From Candidatus Latescibacterota bacterium (GTDB lineage: Bacteria; Latescibacterota; UBA2968; GCA-2709665): a DNA stretch of 64,000 nucleotides. Shown piece by piece: positions 41,620 to 52,294 of this stretch. Every line of letters begins with the position of its first letter. The first letter of the stretch is position 1. The notes below the pieces were generated by a model that was given only the letters and a program-made list of their open reading frames with translations, was not told the origin of the DNA and did not search any database. The stretch lies in contig CBDDDZ010000005.1 in NCBI GenBank assembly GCA_965226795.1, forward strand, positions 1,568,001 to 1,632,000, in the 5' to 3' direction. The position numbers were made by a program, and so were the translations under genes.

Positions 41620-41648
41620 AAGAGGCGGTCCGGTGTGGGCCGCCTCTT
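41620..41648 (-). terminator. Probable terminator after the glutaredoxin-like gene
   Basis: aagaggcggtc / ggccgcctctt hairpin with T-run on the minus strand. Confidence 0.55.
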
Positions 41649-41675
41649 CCAACATGTCGATATGAACCTGGTCTG

Positions 41676-42038
41676 CTAGTTTCCCACCCCTTTGTTGAAG
41701 AATACCACCTGCCGCGACCGGGCCATGGCCTCGTGTTCCTCGTCGGTGCACGCCCTGTCCGTGGGCACATTGGGGTCGGGACCCGCCGGCTGGTACCCGT
41801 TGTGGACCAGATAGGCTTCCAGATCCTCCCCGCTGATATCGGCCAGGATCTGCCCATCGAAATCCAGGGTCGGCTGCAGCGGCTGCCCGCTCTTGCGCAC
41901 CATTTCTTCGTAATTTGCGGGATTATTGATGATGTCTTTGTCCTCGTATCTGAGTCCGTACTTGTCCAGCACCGCCCGTATGCCGCGGCTCCATCCACAG
42001 TGGGGTTTGAGATATGCGGTAATCGCGGGATTACCCAT
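41676..42038 (-). CDS. Glutaredoxin-like protein (CGWS)
   Basis: YLKPHCGWS, EMVRKSGQPLQPTL. Confidence 0.8.
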   Translation of the reverse strand: MGNPAITAYLKPHCGWSRGIRAVLDKYGLRYEDKDIINNPANYEEMVRKSGQPLQPTLDFDGQILADISGEDLEAYLVHNGYQPAGPDPNVPTDRACTDEEHEAMARSRQVVFFNKGVGN

Positions 42039-42378
42039 CGGAGATTCTCCTTTTCCTTGAATTAACCATCGAAACGCATGATTTCATCCATGAACTAACA
42101 TAACGAACTTTTCCGAGATTTGCAAGGCCAATCGCCATTCGTACGGACCGAATGGAATCTTTCGGGAGTCCGGAGTGGGAGGAATGTGACAACGGTTTTT
42201 CAACCTGGCCCCTGGCGGCCACGAACACGGATGGCAATATCCGCACATGTCGGGAAACCAGAGTCTCTCTCGATATCGGTTGGGGATAAATCGCGCCCGT
42301 GCGGGCTGTCGACACACCGCGAACCTCCCGCGGGCACGTAGAGTCGGGGCAATTCGCCGTCGTTTGGTGGCTTGCGGA

Positions 42379-42681
42379 TTATGCCGCCGCATTCACCGCA
42401 TTGGCAAAATCGAGGTCGGCGTGGGTGACGGCGTTTTCGCTGTGAGTCGTCACCGTAACCGTGAGGGTCTTGCTCCTGCTGTCCAGATTGATGTCCGAGT
42501 GATGGTTGTTGCTGTCCATTACCTGTGTCAGCGTGCGCACAAAGGCCATCGTCGGTACGAATTTCTCGAACTTCCATACCCTGTGAAGCGCCTTGTTTTC
42601 CCGGTCGTATTCCCATCCCTCCAAATCCTTCAGCGCTTCCCGGATTTCCTCCTCCGTAACCAGTGTCTTATCCTCGTGCAT
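42379..42681 (-). CDS. Pterin-4-alpha-carbinolamine dehydratase
   Basis: LEGW, WKFEKF, NHHSDI, TTHS..VTHADLDFA. Confidence 0.88.
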   Translation of the reverse strand: MHEDKTLVTEEEIREALKDLEGWEYDRENKALHRVWKFEKFVPTMAFVRTLTQVMDSNNHHSDINLDSRSKTLTVTVTTHSENAVTHADLDFANAVNAAA

Positions 42682-42831
42682 AGCCGCCTCCCTTAAAAAT
42701 TACATTTTTGAATGTGTCGAGTTGAAACCACGCTCACAGCGCCGGTTGACGTGGCTGCGCGTCGAACGAGCATCGCGCTGCCCGGGTACAGCCACGTTTC
42801 AACATCAATATACCAAGAATTCGCGGGCTGA

Positions 42832-43443
42832 TCAATCCCCGTGGTGGACACCGGCATCCGCCAGTGCGCTATCGTATTCCTCGGAGGTGTTGATATTTCG
42901 AAGAGATTCCAATTCAGGATCCACTTCCCGTAAAACCGACCCGGGCACGTGTCGGCAGCAACATCGTTCCGTTAACGTAGTGAGTTTGAGGACGCCGGTA
43001 TCCAGCATTTCCAGAATCACAGGGAGTACGGACACGCGATAAACGGCCGCAAGCGGATGCAGGCGGCCTTCTTCTTGCGGCATGACGATATCGGCTTCAC
43101 CCGCCAGATGCGCAAGGCGGCGCACAAAGCCAGGGCGCAGGAAAGGCGCATCGCATCCACAGACGAACGCGGCATCGGCTTGCCGGGAAATGGCTTCAAG
43201 ACCCGCCGCCAGCCCCTGCAACGGGCCCCTGTCCGGAACCCGATCCTGTATAATCTCCACGTTGTCGGGAAGGCGTGGCAGGCGCTGCCGGGGCGCGGAA
43301 ACCACCAGCATGGGATTCAGCGTACCGCTGAGCAGACGAACCACACGCTGCAGAAGGAATTCTTCCCCGAAACGCAACCAGGCCTTGGACGATCCCATCC
43401 GTCGGCTGCGTCCGCCGCTCAGCACGATACCGCCGATTCTCAT
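42832..43443 (-). CDS. mobA: Molybdenum cofactor guanylyltransferase
   Basis: LSGGRSRRMGSSKA, GPLQGL, CDAPF, HPLAAVY, NINT. Confidence 0.9.
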   Translation of the reverse strand: MRIGGIVLSGGRSRRMGSSKAWLRFGEEFLLQRVVRLLSGTLNPMLVVSAPRQRLPRLPDNVEIIQDRVPDRGPLQGLAAGLEAISRQADAAFVCGCDAPFLRPGFVRRLAHLAGEADIVMPQEEGRLHPLAAVYRVSVLPVILEMLDTGVLKLTTLTERCCCRHVPGSVLREVDPELESLRNINTSEEYDSALADAGVHHGD

Positions 43444-43444
43444 T

Positions 43445-43876
43445 TCAGATATCCAGGACAACCAACGCCCGCCACTGCCCGTCGATGCGTTCCACTAGGA
43501 ACCGGTGGAGCGTGACGGCCTTCACGTCCACAACAAGCTCGTGGCGTTCCATGTCCAATTCCTCGCCAACCAGGTCCGCCGACACCTTGAAGGTGCCTTC
43601 ACGTTCTCCGACGAACACGTTCAACGGCCGCAGCAGAAGCCGCTGGGCGTCCTTGTAATAGATCACCTCCTGTAAAAAGCCGAACAGCAACAGGTCAAGC
43701 TCTTCCGCCTCAAGTTTCACGTATCGCCGGTCTCTGATCGTTAGCGTATTCAGGTCGGCTACCATCACGTTGAGCGTGGCCTCGGCGGCTGCGGTAAAAA
43801 GAGCCCCAAGGTCTTTACCCCAGGCTTCAAAAGCCACATCCGCAATGGCGATATCTTCTAAATACCGATAGGACAA
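43445..43876 (-). CDS. Archease
   Basis: YRYLEDIAIADVAFEAWG...DVKAVTLH...LVVLDI; TTG start at 43876. Confidence 0.92.
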   Translation of the reverse strand: MSYRYLEDIAIADVAFEAWGKDLGALFTAAAEATLNVMVADLNTLTIRDRRYVKLEAEELDLLLFGFLQEVIYYKDAQRLLLRPLNVFVGEREGTFKVSADLVGEELDMERHELVVDVKAVTLHRFLVERIDGQWRALVVLDI

Positions 43877-43905
43877 TGTTGCATCCCTTTCAGGTACAAC
43901 CAGTT

Positions 43906-44796
43906 CTACACCTGACACGCTTCGAGTTCCGTTAGAACGCGCACCCGCGCTTCCGCCGCGCCCCGGCCAATAAAGACGAGCTCTGTACGATCCGCTCCGA
44001 AGGGTTCCAGCGCCCACCTGCCGCCCGCGAAATTGAATAGAAACGCCCCTTTGGCACACCGCAAGAACCCCTTCGCGCGGTAGACAGCGTCTGGCAGGTT
44101 CGCCACGAGGCGTTCGAATTTTTCACGATCGAATAGCCTGTCGGAAACGAAGTCAAAGCTGTCGATTTCCTCCCGGACACTGTGCTCCCTTACCGCGCGC
44201 ACGGACCGCTGCGCTCTGCCTCCAAAGCCGAAGATAAGCCCCGTGTCGACCCGGCATTTCAAGGTTCGCACGACCGTAGCTTCGGGATTCACCCGACTCA
44301 GTTGCGCTTCCACCGCCTCCAGTTGGCACGGTGTGACCAGATCCACTTTGTTCAGCAGCAGAATGTCCGCCGCTTCAAACTGAGTGGTCGTCACGTATCC
44401 CAGATCCGGAAACCGGACCATCAGATCCGCGTCGGCGACGACAACCACGCTGTCCAGTCGAACGCCCGGCAGATTGTCCTCCACGTCGAAGATAACCGCA
44501 TCCGGCTCCGCAACGCCGGTGGTCTCGACCACAATCAGTTCCGGACGCACGGTTTTCACGATCTCCTTAACTGCTTCCTCGAACTCCCCCGCCAGCGAAC
44601 AACAGACACAACCTCCGGCCAGTTCTGTCATTCGAATATGTTTACCCTCCACAACCTTGCTGTCGATGGCGATCTCTCCAAATTCGTTCATCAGAATCGC
44701 GATCCGCCGGTCTGCGCGCGCCACCAGGTGGCGAAGCAACGTGGTTTTGCCACTGCCCAACGAACCTGCTATTAGAATCGTCGAGATCTTTATCAA
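43906..44796 (-). CDS. CobW/COG0523-family P-loop GTPase metallochaperone
   Basis: GSLGSGKTT, NEFGE, GGCVCC, VETTGVAEP, NKVD, YRAKG. Confidence 0.92.
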   Translation of the reverse strand: MIKISTILIAGSLGSGKTTLLRHLVARADRRIAILMNEFGEIAIDSKVVEGKHIRMTELAGGCVCCSLAGEFEEAVKEIVKTVRPELIVVETTGVAEPDAVIFDVEDNLPGVRLDSVVVVADADLMVRFPDLGYVTTTQFEAADILLLNKVDLVTPCQLEAVEAQLSRVNPEATVVRTLKCRVDTGLIFGFGGRAQRSVRAVREHSVREEIDSFDFVSDRLFDREKFERLVANLPDAVYRAKGFLRCAKGAFLFNFAGGRWALEPFGADRTELVFIGRGAAEARVRVLTELEACQV

Positions 44797-44890
44797 CCCA
44801 TGTCCCCCAACGGGCCGTCCCTCGTCGGGGCCGGTTCAGGCGCCGGCATGACCTTCAGAATAAGACGAATGAGCGCGGTTTCCATCGGAG

Positions 44891-46351
44891 TTACCCCTTC
44901 ACGTTTCCAATGGGCGAAAACCGGGCCACCCGTCGGCTTAGACCCGCCCGCTGTGTCGCTTCTATCACTTCGTCGATATCCTTGTACGCGCCTCCGGCCT
45001 CTTCGGCGAGGCCCGCATAGGACACGGATTTCACGTAGATTCCGCGGTCCTCCAGTTCCTTTTGAAGCCGCTTGCCGTGAAACCGTTTGCGAGCCTTCGT
45101 ACGGCTCATCGTCCGTCCGCTGCCATGAGCCGTGGAGAAAAACGCCTGGCTTCCGGCTGGTGATCCCGCCAGCAGATAAGACCCGGTCTCCATGCTCCCG
45201 CCGATAATTACCGGCTGGCCGTAGGGCTTGTATCGGTCGGGGACGCCGTCCATACCGGGTCCGAATGCCCGGGTTGCCCCCTTGCGGTGAACGAGTACCG
45301 TCCTTTCCCTGCCATCCACCACATGGCGTTCCAGCTTGGCGGTGTTGTGCGCCACGTCGTAGACCTGGCGCATCTCCATATCCTCCGGACTGCGTCCCAG
45401 TACGTCTGAGAACACCTCCCGAATGCGGTGAAGAATGACCTGTCGATTTGCGAACGACATGTTGATCGCACACTTCATCGCTGCGAAATAGTCCTGGCCC
45501 TCCAGGGAGTGAAAGGGCGCGCATGCAAGTTCGCGATCCCGAATTGAAATCCCGTACTTTTTCTGCATCACCTTCAGAAACACCTGCAGATAGTCGGTAG
45601 CCACCTGGTGCCCAAAACCTCGACTTCCACAGTGGAACATCACGACAACCTGATCGGGAATGGTAATGCCGAACGCCCCTGCTGCCGCCTTGTCGAACAC
45701 ATGGTCGGGCTTTGCCACCTGAATTTCAAGATAGTGGTTTCCCGATCCCAGCGTTCCGATCTGGTTGAAGCCCCGCTCCACCGCCTTGCGACTGATTTTC
45801 GTCGCATCCGCACCTGAAACACAACCACTTTCTTCGGTCAGCTCCAGATCCTCCTGCCAGCCGTAATGGTTGTCCACGCACCAGCGCGCCCCCTCCTGTA
45901 CGACTGTTCTGAACTCGTCGTGGGAGATCTTCAGAAAACCCGTGCTGCCCACGCCCGCGGGCACACGTTCAAACAGACGATCCACGAGCTTTTTCACATG
46001 GGGCCTGACCTCGTCGTGCGTCAGATTGGTGGTAACCAGGCGCATCCCGCAGTTGACATCGAACCCGATGCCTCCTGGCGAGATCACGCCCTGTTCGGCG
46101 TCCATTGCGGCCACCCCGCCGATGGGAAACCCGTATCCCCAGTGTCCGTCGGGCATACAGAAGGCGTAGTTCAGGATGCCGGGCAGCGTGGCCACATTGG
46201 TCACCTGCTCGATCACGCCCCGGTCCATTTCCGACATCAGTTTTTGTGTCGCGTAGATACGCGCCGGGACGAGCATCCCTTTTTTGTACGAAGTCGGGAT
46301 CTCCCAGACGGTCGGCGATACCCGGGTTGCCTCGGGCGGCGTGACGGGCAT
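44891..46351 (-). CDS. rtcB: RNA-splicing/repair ligase RtcB
   Basis: MPDGHWGYGFPIGG, GFDVNCG, GTLGSGNHYLE, HCGSRG, HRKGAT, HGSGR, EEAGGAYK. Confidence 0.96.
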   Translation of the reverse strand: MPVTPPEATRVSPTVWEIPTSYKKGMLVPARIYATQKLMSEMDRGVIEQVTNVATLPGILNYAFCMPDGHWGYGFPIGGVAAMDAEQGVISPGGIGFDVNCGMRLVTTNLTHDEVRPHVKKLVDRLFERVPAGVGSTGFLKISHDEFRTVVQEGARWCVDNHYGWQEDLELTEESGCVSGADATKISRKAVERGFNQIGTLGSGNHYLEIQVAKPDHVFDKAAAGAFGITIPDQVVVMFHCGSRGFGHQVATDYLQVFLKVMQKKYGISIRDRELACAPFHSLEGQDYFAAMKCAINMSFANRQVILHRIREVFSDVLGRSPEDMEMRQVYDVAHNTAKLERHVVDGRERTVLVHRKGATRAFGPGMDGVPDRYKPYGQPVIIGGSMETGSYLLAGSPAGSQAFFSTAHGSGRTMSRTKARKRFHGKRLQKELEDRGIYVKSVSYAGLAEEAGGAYKDIDEVIEATQRAGLSRRVARFSPIGNVKG

Positions 46352-46360
46352 GTCGTGCTC

Positions 46361-47311
46361 CTATGAATCGTGTTCACAACTTGCATAGTGTTTCTGCAAC
46401 GGATCCAGGCCGAAATCGTTCTCCAGGTCGCGCAGTACGGAGTGGATGTGGTTCGCGTCATTCTGGGTATTGTCGTATTCCACCAGATGGGTAGGGCCGT
46501 GGATCCGGTAATAGTGCTTCTCCCCCGGCCGGGTCCCGCCAGCCCACGCGAAGTGGAGCCGGTCCATACCGGCCCTTCGAATACGTTCGAGATGGGCTTC
46601 GGCAAGGTCCGCCCGGAGGTTCGTTGCATATAGCTCCAAGAGTCGCAACAGCGCCTCCTTCTGCGACGGCGGCATTTCAGATGCGGGCAGACCCGCGGGA
46701 TCGCCGATCCGCACCCCCTTGCTGTTTCGGGTGAGGATATCGCTCGGCGCTTCCGCCGCGATCCGGACCACGGCCTGCAGATCCTCAGGCAGTGCTTTCA
46801 GAAGCCCTCGCGCCATGTCCTCTTCGTTGCGCAGGACGCGCCAGCCCTGCCGGTCGCCTGAAGGCACCCGCGCCGGGTTCGCGCCCCAGAAGGCCGGCGT
46901 GGACGCCATTGTGTTTTCGCCGCCCGCCGAAAACGTTATTGACAAGTGGTGGCCGTCGATTCGCCATCCCCACATCCCCTGCTCCGAAGAAAGTTCTCCG
47001 AAAAGCGTCAGGAAATAACCGTCGGAGTCCCTGTAGGTGTCCGACGGATCCAGCCCTTCAACCTCAGCAAGAATGCCCTCCAGAACCATGATATCCACCG
47101 CTTTTTGATATCCGGCGTCGCTGAGCGCGCATTTCAACAGACGATGAGCCGCGTCCCGCTGTTTCTGCGTCATCACCCTGAATGGCACGCCGTTTCGCTT
47201 TACGGGTACGTAGTTCCAGTTAAAACGTTCCTCGTGTTCGAACGCGTACAGAACCCGGTTCTGCTGGTCCGAACTCAGTTCGTTCATGAAATCCTGAGCT
47301 GCACGAAGCAT
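46361..47311 (-). CDS. DUF3500 domain protein
   Basis: WGWRIDGHHLS, TPAFWGANP, FAWAG, YYRIHGP, EYDNTQNDANHIHSVLRD. Confidence 0.88.
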   Translation of the reverse strand: MLRAAQDFMNELSSDQQNRVLYAFEHEERFNWNYVPVKRNGVPFRVMTQKQRDAAHRLLKCALSDAGYQKAVDIMVLEGILAEVEGLDPSDTYRDSDGYFLTLFGELSSEQGMWGWRIDGHHLSITFSAGGENTMASTPAFWGANPARVPSGDRQGWRVLRNEEDMARGLLKALPEDLQAVVRIAAEAPSDILTRNSKGVRIGDPAGLPASEMPPSQKEALLRLLELYATNLRADLAEAHLERIRRAGMDRLHFAWAGGTRPGEKHYYRIHGPTHLVEYDNTQNDANHIHSVLRDLENDFGLDPLQKHYASCEHDS

Positions 47312-47368
47312 GGTATTCCTCCCCGTCAGGGTGCAAGTGGATATGTTTACTCTTTATAATTGGACTTT

Positions 47369-49428
47369 TTAATTGGGCGAATCGCGAATGGCCGCGCGGA
47401 ATTCTGCGACCGTCCGCTGATTGTTCGTCCGTTCGCCCGCTTTGAGCGCCACCAGGATCGGAGCCGGATCCGACTCCGAAGCAGCAGACGAATCCGCGGC
47501 CACACCCGTCGTCACATCCACCGACACCTCGTAAACGTCGTCCGGCTTCCAGAAATCTCGCGAGGCGCGGCCTGCTTTCGCGCCGGACATGCGTCGCGCC
47601 CGCCCGTGATCCGGGGTTGTCTGCCGGTCTTCCGGTCGAAACCTACCCAGACACTCGTCGCGAGATCCGGAGTGAAGCCGGAAAACCAGGCGTCCGTATG
47701 GTCGTTTGTCGTGCCTGTCTTTCCCGCCGCGGGCAGGACGAATCCCAGGGATCGAACGCCGCGGCCGGTACCACGCAGGATAACGTTCCGAAGCAATCGA
47801 ATCATCACATAGGCATCCGCGGCACTGATGACGGGAACGGGTTGCACCCGGTGCGCATACACAACCCGCCCCCCTGAATCTTCAATCCGCCGCACAAAAG
47901 TCGGCTCCACGCGGACCCCGTAGTTGGCGATGGTGGCATAGACCGAGGCCATTTCCAACGGTGAGACTTCGCTTGCACCAAGCGCGATGCTCGGAAATGC
48001 ATCAAGCGGACTCCGGACACCCAAACGTCGGGCCATTTCCACGACCCGTTCCGGGCCGATACGATCCATAACCTCCACACTTGCCGCATTTGCGGAATTC
48101 ACCAGGGCCCACGCCGCCGTCGTCACACCCAGATATCGGTCTCTGAAATTTTCGGGCGTCCACGGCTTCCCGTTTACGGTATAGGTCCGGGCCTCATCCA
48201 CAAACAATGACACGGGCGATATCTCGCCCGCCGCCAGCGCCGCCAAATACACGACCGGCTTGAAACCCGAACCCGGCTGGCGCCGCGCGGTTGTTGCGCG
48301 GTTGAAGTAACTGATGAAGATATCACGGCCGCCCACCAACGCGCGCACGTATCCCGTCGCCGGTTCCACACTGACCAGAGCCGCCTGGATGTATTCCTGC
48401 CTGTCCTTTCCGCCAGCACTCTCGTAATCACCAAATCCAAGCCGCGAATCTATATCTGCAAGTCCTTCAGCTACAGATTTTTCAGCAGTCTTCTGCATGT
48501 GAAAATCCAACGTCGTGTAGATATTCAACGCGCCAAAACTGAGGGCGGACCGCCCCCAACGCCGAACGACCTCGTCCTTGATGATCTCAACGAAGTACGG
48601 CGTCCGATTCCGGTCGCGGAGCTGCTGCGCCAGAACCGGCGATGCGGCGAGCGCAAGTTTCAGCGCGTCGCTTTCCAGGAAACCTGCCGAGTGCATGCGG
48701 CGCAGAACGTGTGCGGTACGCGCCGCGGCTTGCCGCCCGCCGTCACGGAACGGATTCAACGCGCTGGGCGAATTGGGCAGCCCGGCCAACATGGCCGCTT
48801 CCGTCAGATTCAGGTCCGAGGCTGCCTTTCCGAAAAACGTCTGCGACGCATCCTCCACGCCGTAGGCATTGGTACCGAAAAAACTACCGTTGACATAAAT
48901 CTCCAGCAATCTGTCCTTGGCCGTTTTGCCGTACAACATTGAGAACATAGCCTCCAGCTGCACGGCCAGCAGCACCTCCCTCGCCTTCCTAAGATAGGAC
49001 TTCTCACGGGTCAAAAACAGATTTTTGACGATCTGCTGGGTAATCGTGCTTCCCCCTCTGACTTTTCGGAAATGCGTCAGGTTTGCCAGGAACGCACCTG
49101 CGATGCCCTTTAGGCTTATGCCCCGGTGACGGTAGAACGATTCGTCTTCGGTTGCAATGACCGCCTTGATAAACCAGGGACTCACCTGGTCCAGCCGCAC
49201 CTGCTCGACCCGACGGTTGAACGTAAAGAGCAATTCCCCGGTATCCGCGAAGATATTCACGCCCGCCTGGCTGCGAAACGCGTCGGGGTCGGGCGGAATT
49301 CGGGGCAGGGTTGTCACGAGCCAGACGAAGCCAAGGCACGTGAGGAGGAACACGTCGGCCCCCAGAAGTATTCCTGTCCGGATCCAGTAATTTCCAATAG
49401 AAGTTCGGCGCATCAGGGATGTCCTCAT
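47369..49428 (-). CDS. Class A penicillin-binding protein (PBP1A-like), C-terminus frameshifted near 47595
   Basis: EDESFYRH, GGSTITQQ, RKARE, QPGSGFKP, SAN, AGKTGT; the tail continues in ORF 47369-47590. Confidence 0.88.
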
Positions 49429-50255
49429 TTATCGCCGAACAGGGCCGCTATTCCCCCGGGCTCCACCTCGAATCTGACCGAGGCACGTTCCGGATCGACA
49501 TAAACCAACTCGCCGTGATAAATGCCGAGCCCGCTCTGGATCAGAATCTGGCTCACAAGTCCGGATTTGTATTCTTCCATTAAACGCTGCCGCTCCTCGG
49601 ACCGGAACTGTTCGACGAAATCACCTGCCAGCCGTTCACGCACGTCCGCTCGAATCGAATCCGCGATGGCCATGGAGTCTGCTTCGGCGCGCCATTCGGT
49701 CTCGCCCGCGTGTCGGTACAACGCATCGACCCGCCTCCGTATCCGGGCCCGATAACGCACGTCGGGCAGACCTGCCTTCCTCAGAAGAGAAAGGCCCAAA
49801 TTGAAAGCGCTAGCGCTTCCGATCAATTCTCGCGTTTCCCGGCTCGCGTTTACGGAGAGTTCCGTACGCCAGACTGCGACAAAGGAAGGCAGACCGGTCT
49901 CCGGCACGCGATCCATGTCGAAGCGAGCGTCCGCCACGGCCTTGGGCAGGCCGCCGGCCACCGGCGCTTCCACCGTCCCGAACGAATCCCTAGCCGCTGC
50001 CCGGGCGTCCAGCCGCTTCCATATAGCCCCCGTCCTGGCGCGCCTTTCGTTGTTTCTATCAAGCGCTTCCCCCACCCATCCGGCAATCCAGTTGTTCCGG
50101 TATTCCAGATAGACCGAGAGCATTGCTGACATGGACAGCAACAGCACCCACCCGACAGAATACGCGAGGTTCCTGAATCTCAACGGTGACCATCGTTCCT
50201 GGATCACCCTCCGGATACGACACGCGCCCCGATTGATACGGTACGGGAGATTCAT
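49425..50255 (-). CDS. Hypothetical membrane-anchored protein
   Basis: Single N-terminal hydrophobic segment; 4-bp overlap with the PBP start. Confidence 0.6.
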   Translation of the reverse strand: MNLPYRINRGACRIRRVIQERWSPLRFRNLAYSVGWVLLLSMSAMLSVYLEYRNNWIAGWVGEALDRNNERRARTGAIWKRLDARAAARDSFGTVEAPVAGGLPKAVADARFDMDRVPETGLPSFVAVWRTELSVNASRETRELIGSASAFNLGLSLLRKAGLPDVRYRARIRRRVDALYRHAGETEWRAEADSMAIADSIRADVRERLAGDFVEQFRSEERQRLMEEYKSGLVSQILIQSGLGIYHGELVYVDPERASVRFEVEPGGIAALFGDK

Positions 50256-50336
50256 ACTGTTTGCTTGTCGTCAAAAAAATCCCGAAACAACACGCCTGCC
50301 GCTGTTACGGGATCGGGGGGGGAATGTCGGAAGAAA

Positions 50337-51359
50337 TCAGGCGGCAACACCCTCCATCTCCAGAACATATCTGCCGTAACGTGCGGCGCCGTTGCAGCTT
50401 GCCCTGTGATAAAAAACTCTCTGCGCCGCCACCACGTTGGCGGCCTGTCCTTTCCATGCGGCCCGGGCCGGATCCTGTAACGCCCTACCGTACGAATAGC
50501 TGAGTTCCCAGGGGAAGCCGCCAATCCGATTCATGGCGTTCAGGTGCTGTGTAGAAAGCTCCGGGCTCTGTCCTCCCGAAAGAAATACCACGCCCGGAAC
50601 CGAAGCGGGAACCGACCGTCGCAGGGATCGCACGGTCGCTTCCGCCACCTCCTGAACACCCGCCTGCACCGGGGTATCGGCGCCGGACAGGACCATACTG
50701 GCTTTCAGCAGGGTGCCTTCCAGGATCACCCCGTGCTCTCCCAATTCCGAAAACACGCTGCGCAACACCAACTCCGTCACCTCTTCGCACCGCTCGATGG
50801 TATGATCACCGTCCATCAGCACTTCCGGTTCCACAATGGGCACCAACCCCACCTCCTGGCACTGGGCGGCGTAACGGGCAAGGGCGTGGGCATTGGCATG
50901 GATGCAGGCCCGTGTCGGAATCCCATCGCCGATGGTAATGGCGGCCCGCCATTTGGCAAACCGGGCGCCTTTCTTGTGATACGCTTCCAACCGACCCTGG
51001 AGCCCGTCCAGACCCTCGGTTATCTGTTCGCCAGGAAAGCCGGCCAATTGCACGAGCCCGGTATCCGCCTTGATGCCGGGAATCATCCCCCGGTCAGCCA
51101 GCAGCCGGGGAAACGGGACGCCGCCGTTCGCGGCCGTGTTCAGTGTCTCCTCGTATAGAATGACGCCGCTGATAAAGGCCGCCAGATCCGGGGTCGTGAA
51201 CAACATATCGCGATACGCCCTTCGGGCTTCGGCCGTGGGTTCAACGCCGATGTCCGCAAATCGCTTCGTGATGGTTCCCATACTCTCGTCCGTCGCCAGG
51301 ATTCCTTTACCCGCGGGTACAAGCGCGCAAGCCGTGGCTTCGAGTTCCGCTGATAACAT
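50337..51359 (-). CDS. Fructose-bisphosphate aldolase class I
   Basis: GKGILATDES, FAKWR, VPIVEPEV, FLSGGQ, SYGRALQ. Confidence 0.95.
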   Translation of the reverse strand: MLSAELEATACALVPAGKGILATDESMGTITKRFADIGVEPTAEARRAYRDMLFTTPDLAAFISGVILYEETLNTAANGGVPFPRLLADRGMIPGIKADTGLVQLAGFPGEQITEGLDGLQGRLEAYHKKGARFAKWRAAITIGDGIPTRACIHANAHALARYAAQCQEVGLVPIVEPEVLMDGDHTIERCEEVTELVLRSVFSELGEHGVILEGTLLKASMVLSGADTPVQAGVQEVAEATVRSLRRSVPASVPGVVFLSGGQSPELSTQHLNAMNRIGGFPWELSYSYGRALQDPARAAWKGQAANVVAAQRVFYHRASCNGAARYGRYVLEMEGVAA

Positions 51360-51458
51360 CGATTACGACCTCGTTTCTTGGTGTTAAACGGTATACTGGT
51401 TTCACGCCATAGAATATACGCTATCTTCAGCCTTTGTCCAGCAGATTCCAGGCTATAT

Positions 51459-52283
51459 TCAAGGATCGCCGTTGGAATCGGCGGGCTGGATCCAGACACG
51501 TACTTCCGCCCGTGAAGGCTTTCGTGCGTCGAATTTCATCTCATTTATTCTTGCATAGAGCGCTTCTGCGTCTGCATCCGCCAGGCGGGCAACACCATCG
51601 ATGCCGGCCTTATGAAGGAGCGGCGCCGCCTGGCAGCCCATTCCTTTATGAATGGCGAGTTCGGCGTGTCGGAAGGCGCGTTCCAGCCGCAAGGTATAGA
51701 CACCGGCGGCGACGAGCGCCGGGGCTTCCAGAGATCTGGCGGCCCGGTAGAGTCGCTCCGGCGTGTAAATACCCGCGGCACGAAGCCCGTGTCGATCCTG
51801 TGCGTCCAATCCGGCCAATTCGGTCGTCAGAGGGCGCCTGGACTTCAGCGTCTTCTTATGGCCCATACGAAAAATCCGGATACTGAATAATATCGCCAGG
51901 GCGACCGCAATCCGGTAGCGATATCAGCGAGAAGGACGGTACGCGCTCCCGTCTTCCCGGCTCAGCCATCCCCGCTGGGTGTGCCACAACAGCCCGTAGC
52001 AGGCAAACCCGTTGACGACCAGAGCGGGACGGACCAGAAAAGGCAAAGCGACCGTCTCTCTGCGACGGCCGCGCAAAAACGAGTGCCCCTGACTGTGAAG
52101 GATCATCCCATCCAGAACCAGCAGATATCCATACCAGGCCGGTACGTACCAGACTGGATTCCAGATGGGGACGTCGGCTGCCACCAACCACACGCCGGCC
52201 TCGAAAACGCCGATGCCAACATATCCCCACCAGGAAAACGCCCGCCGGGATGCGGAATCGGATTCAGATCGGGTCAACGCCAC
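51459..52283 (-). pseudogene. Degraded membrane protein + DUF4332-like HhH domain
   Basis: Hydrophobic N-terminal fragment (WYVPAWYGYLLVLDG) out of frame with C-terminal ELAIHKGMG...LLHKAGI...EVRVWI. Confidence 0.55.
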
Positions 52284-52294
52284 GTGAGGAAGCC

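Noticed and set aside
42060..42370. Possible ncRNA in the 300-bp intergenic region
   Set aside because: Only a weak gcccgtgcggg/cccgcgggc hairpin; no recognisable riboswitch or ncRNA motif
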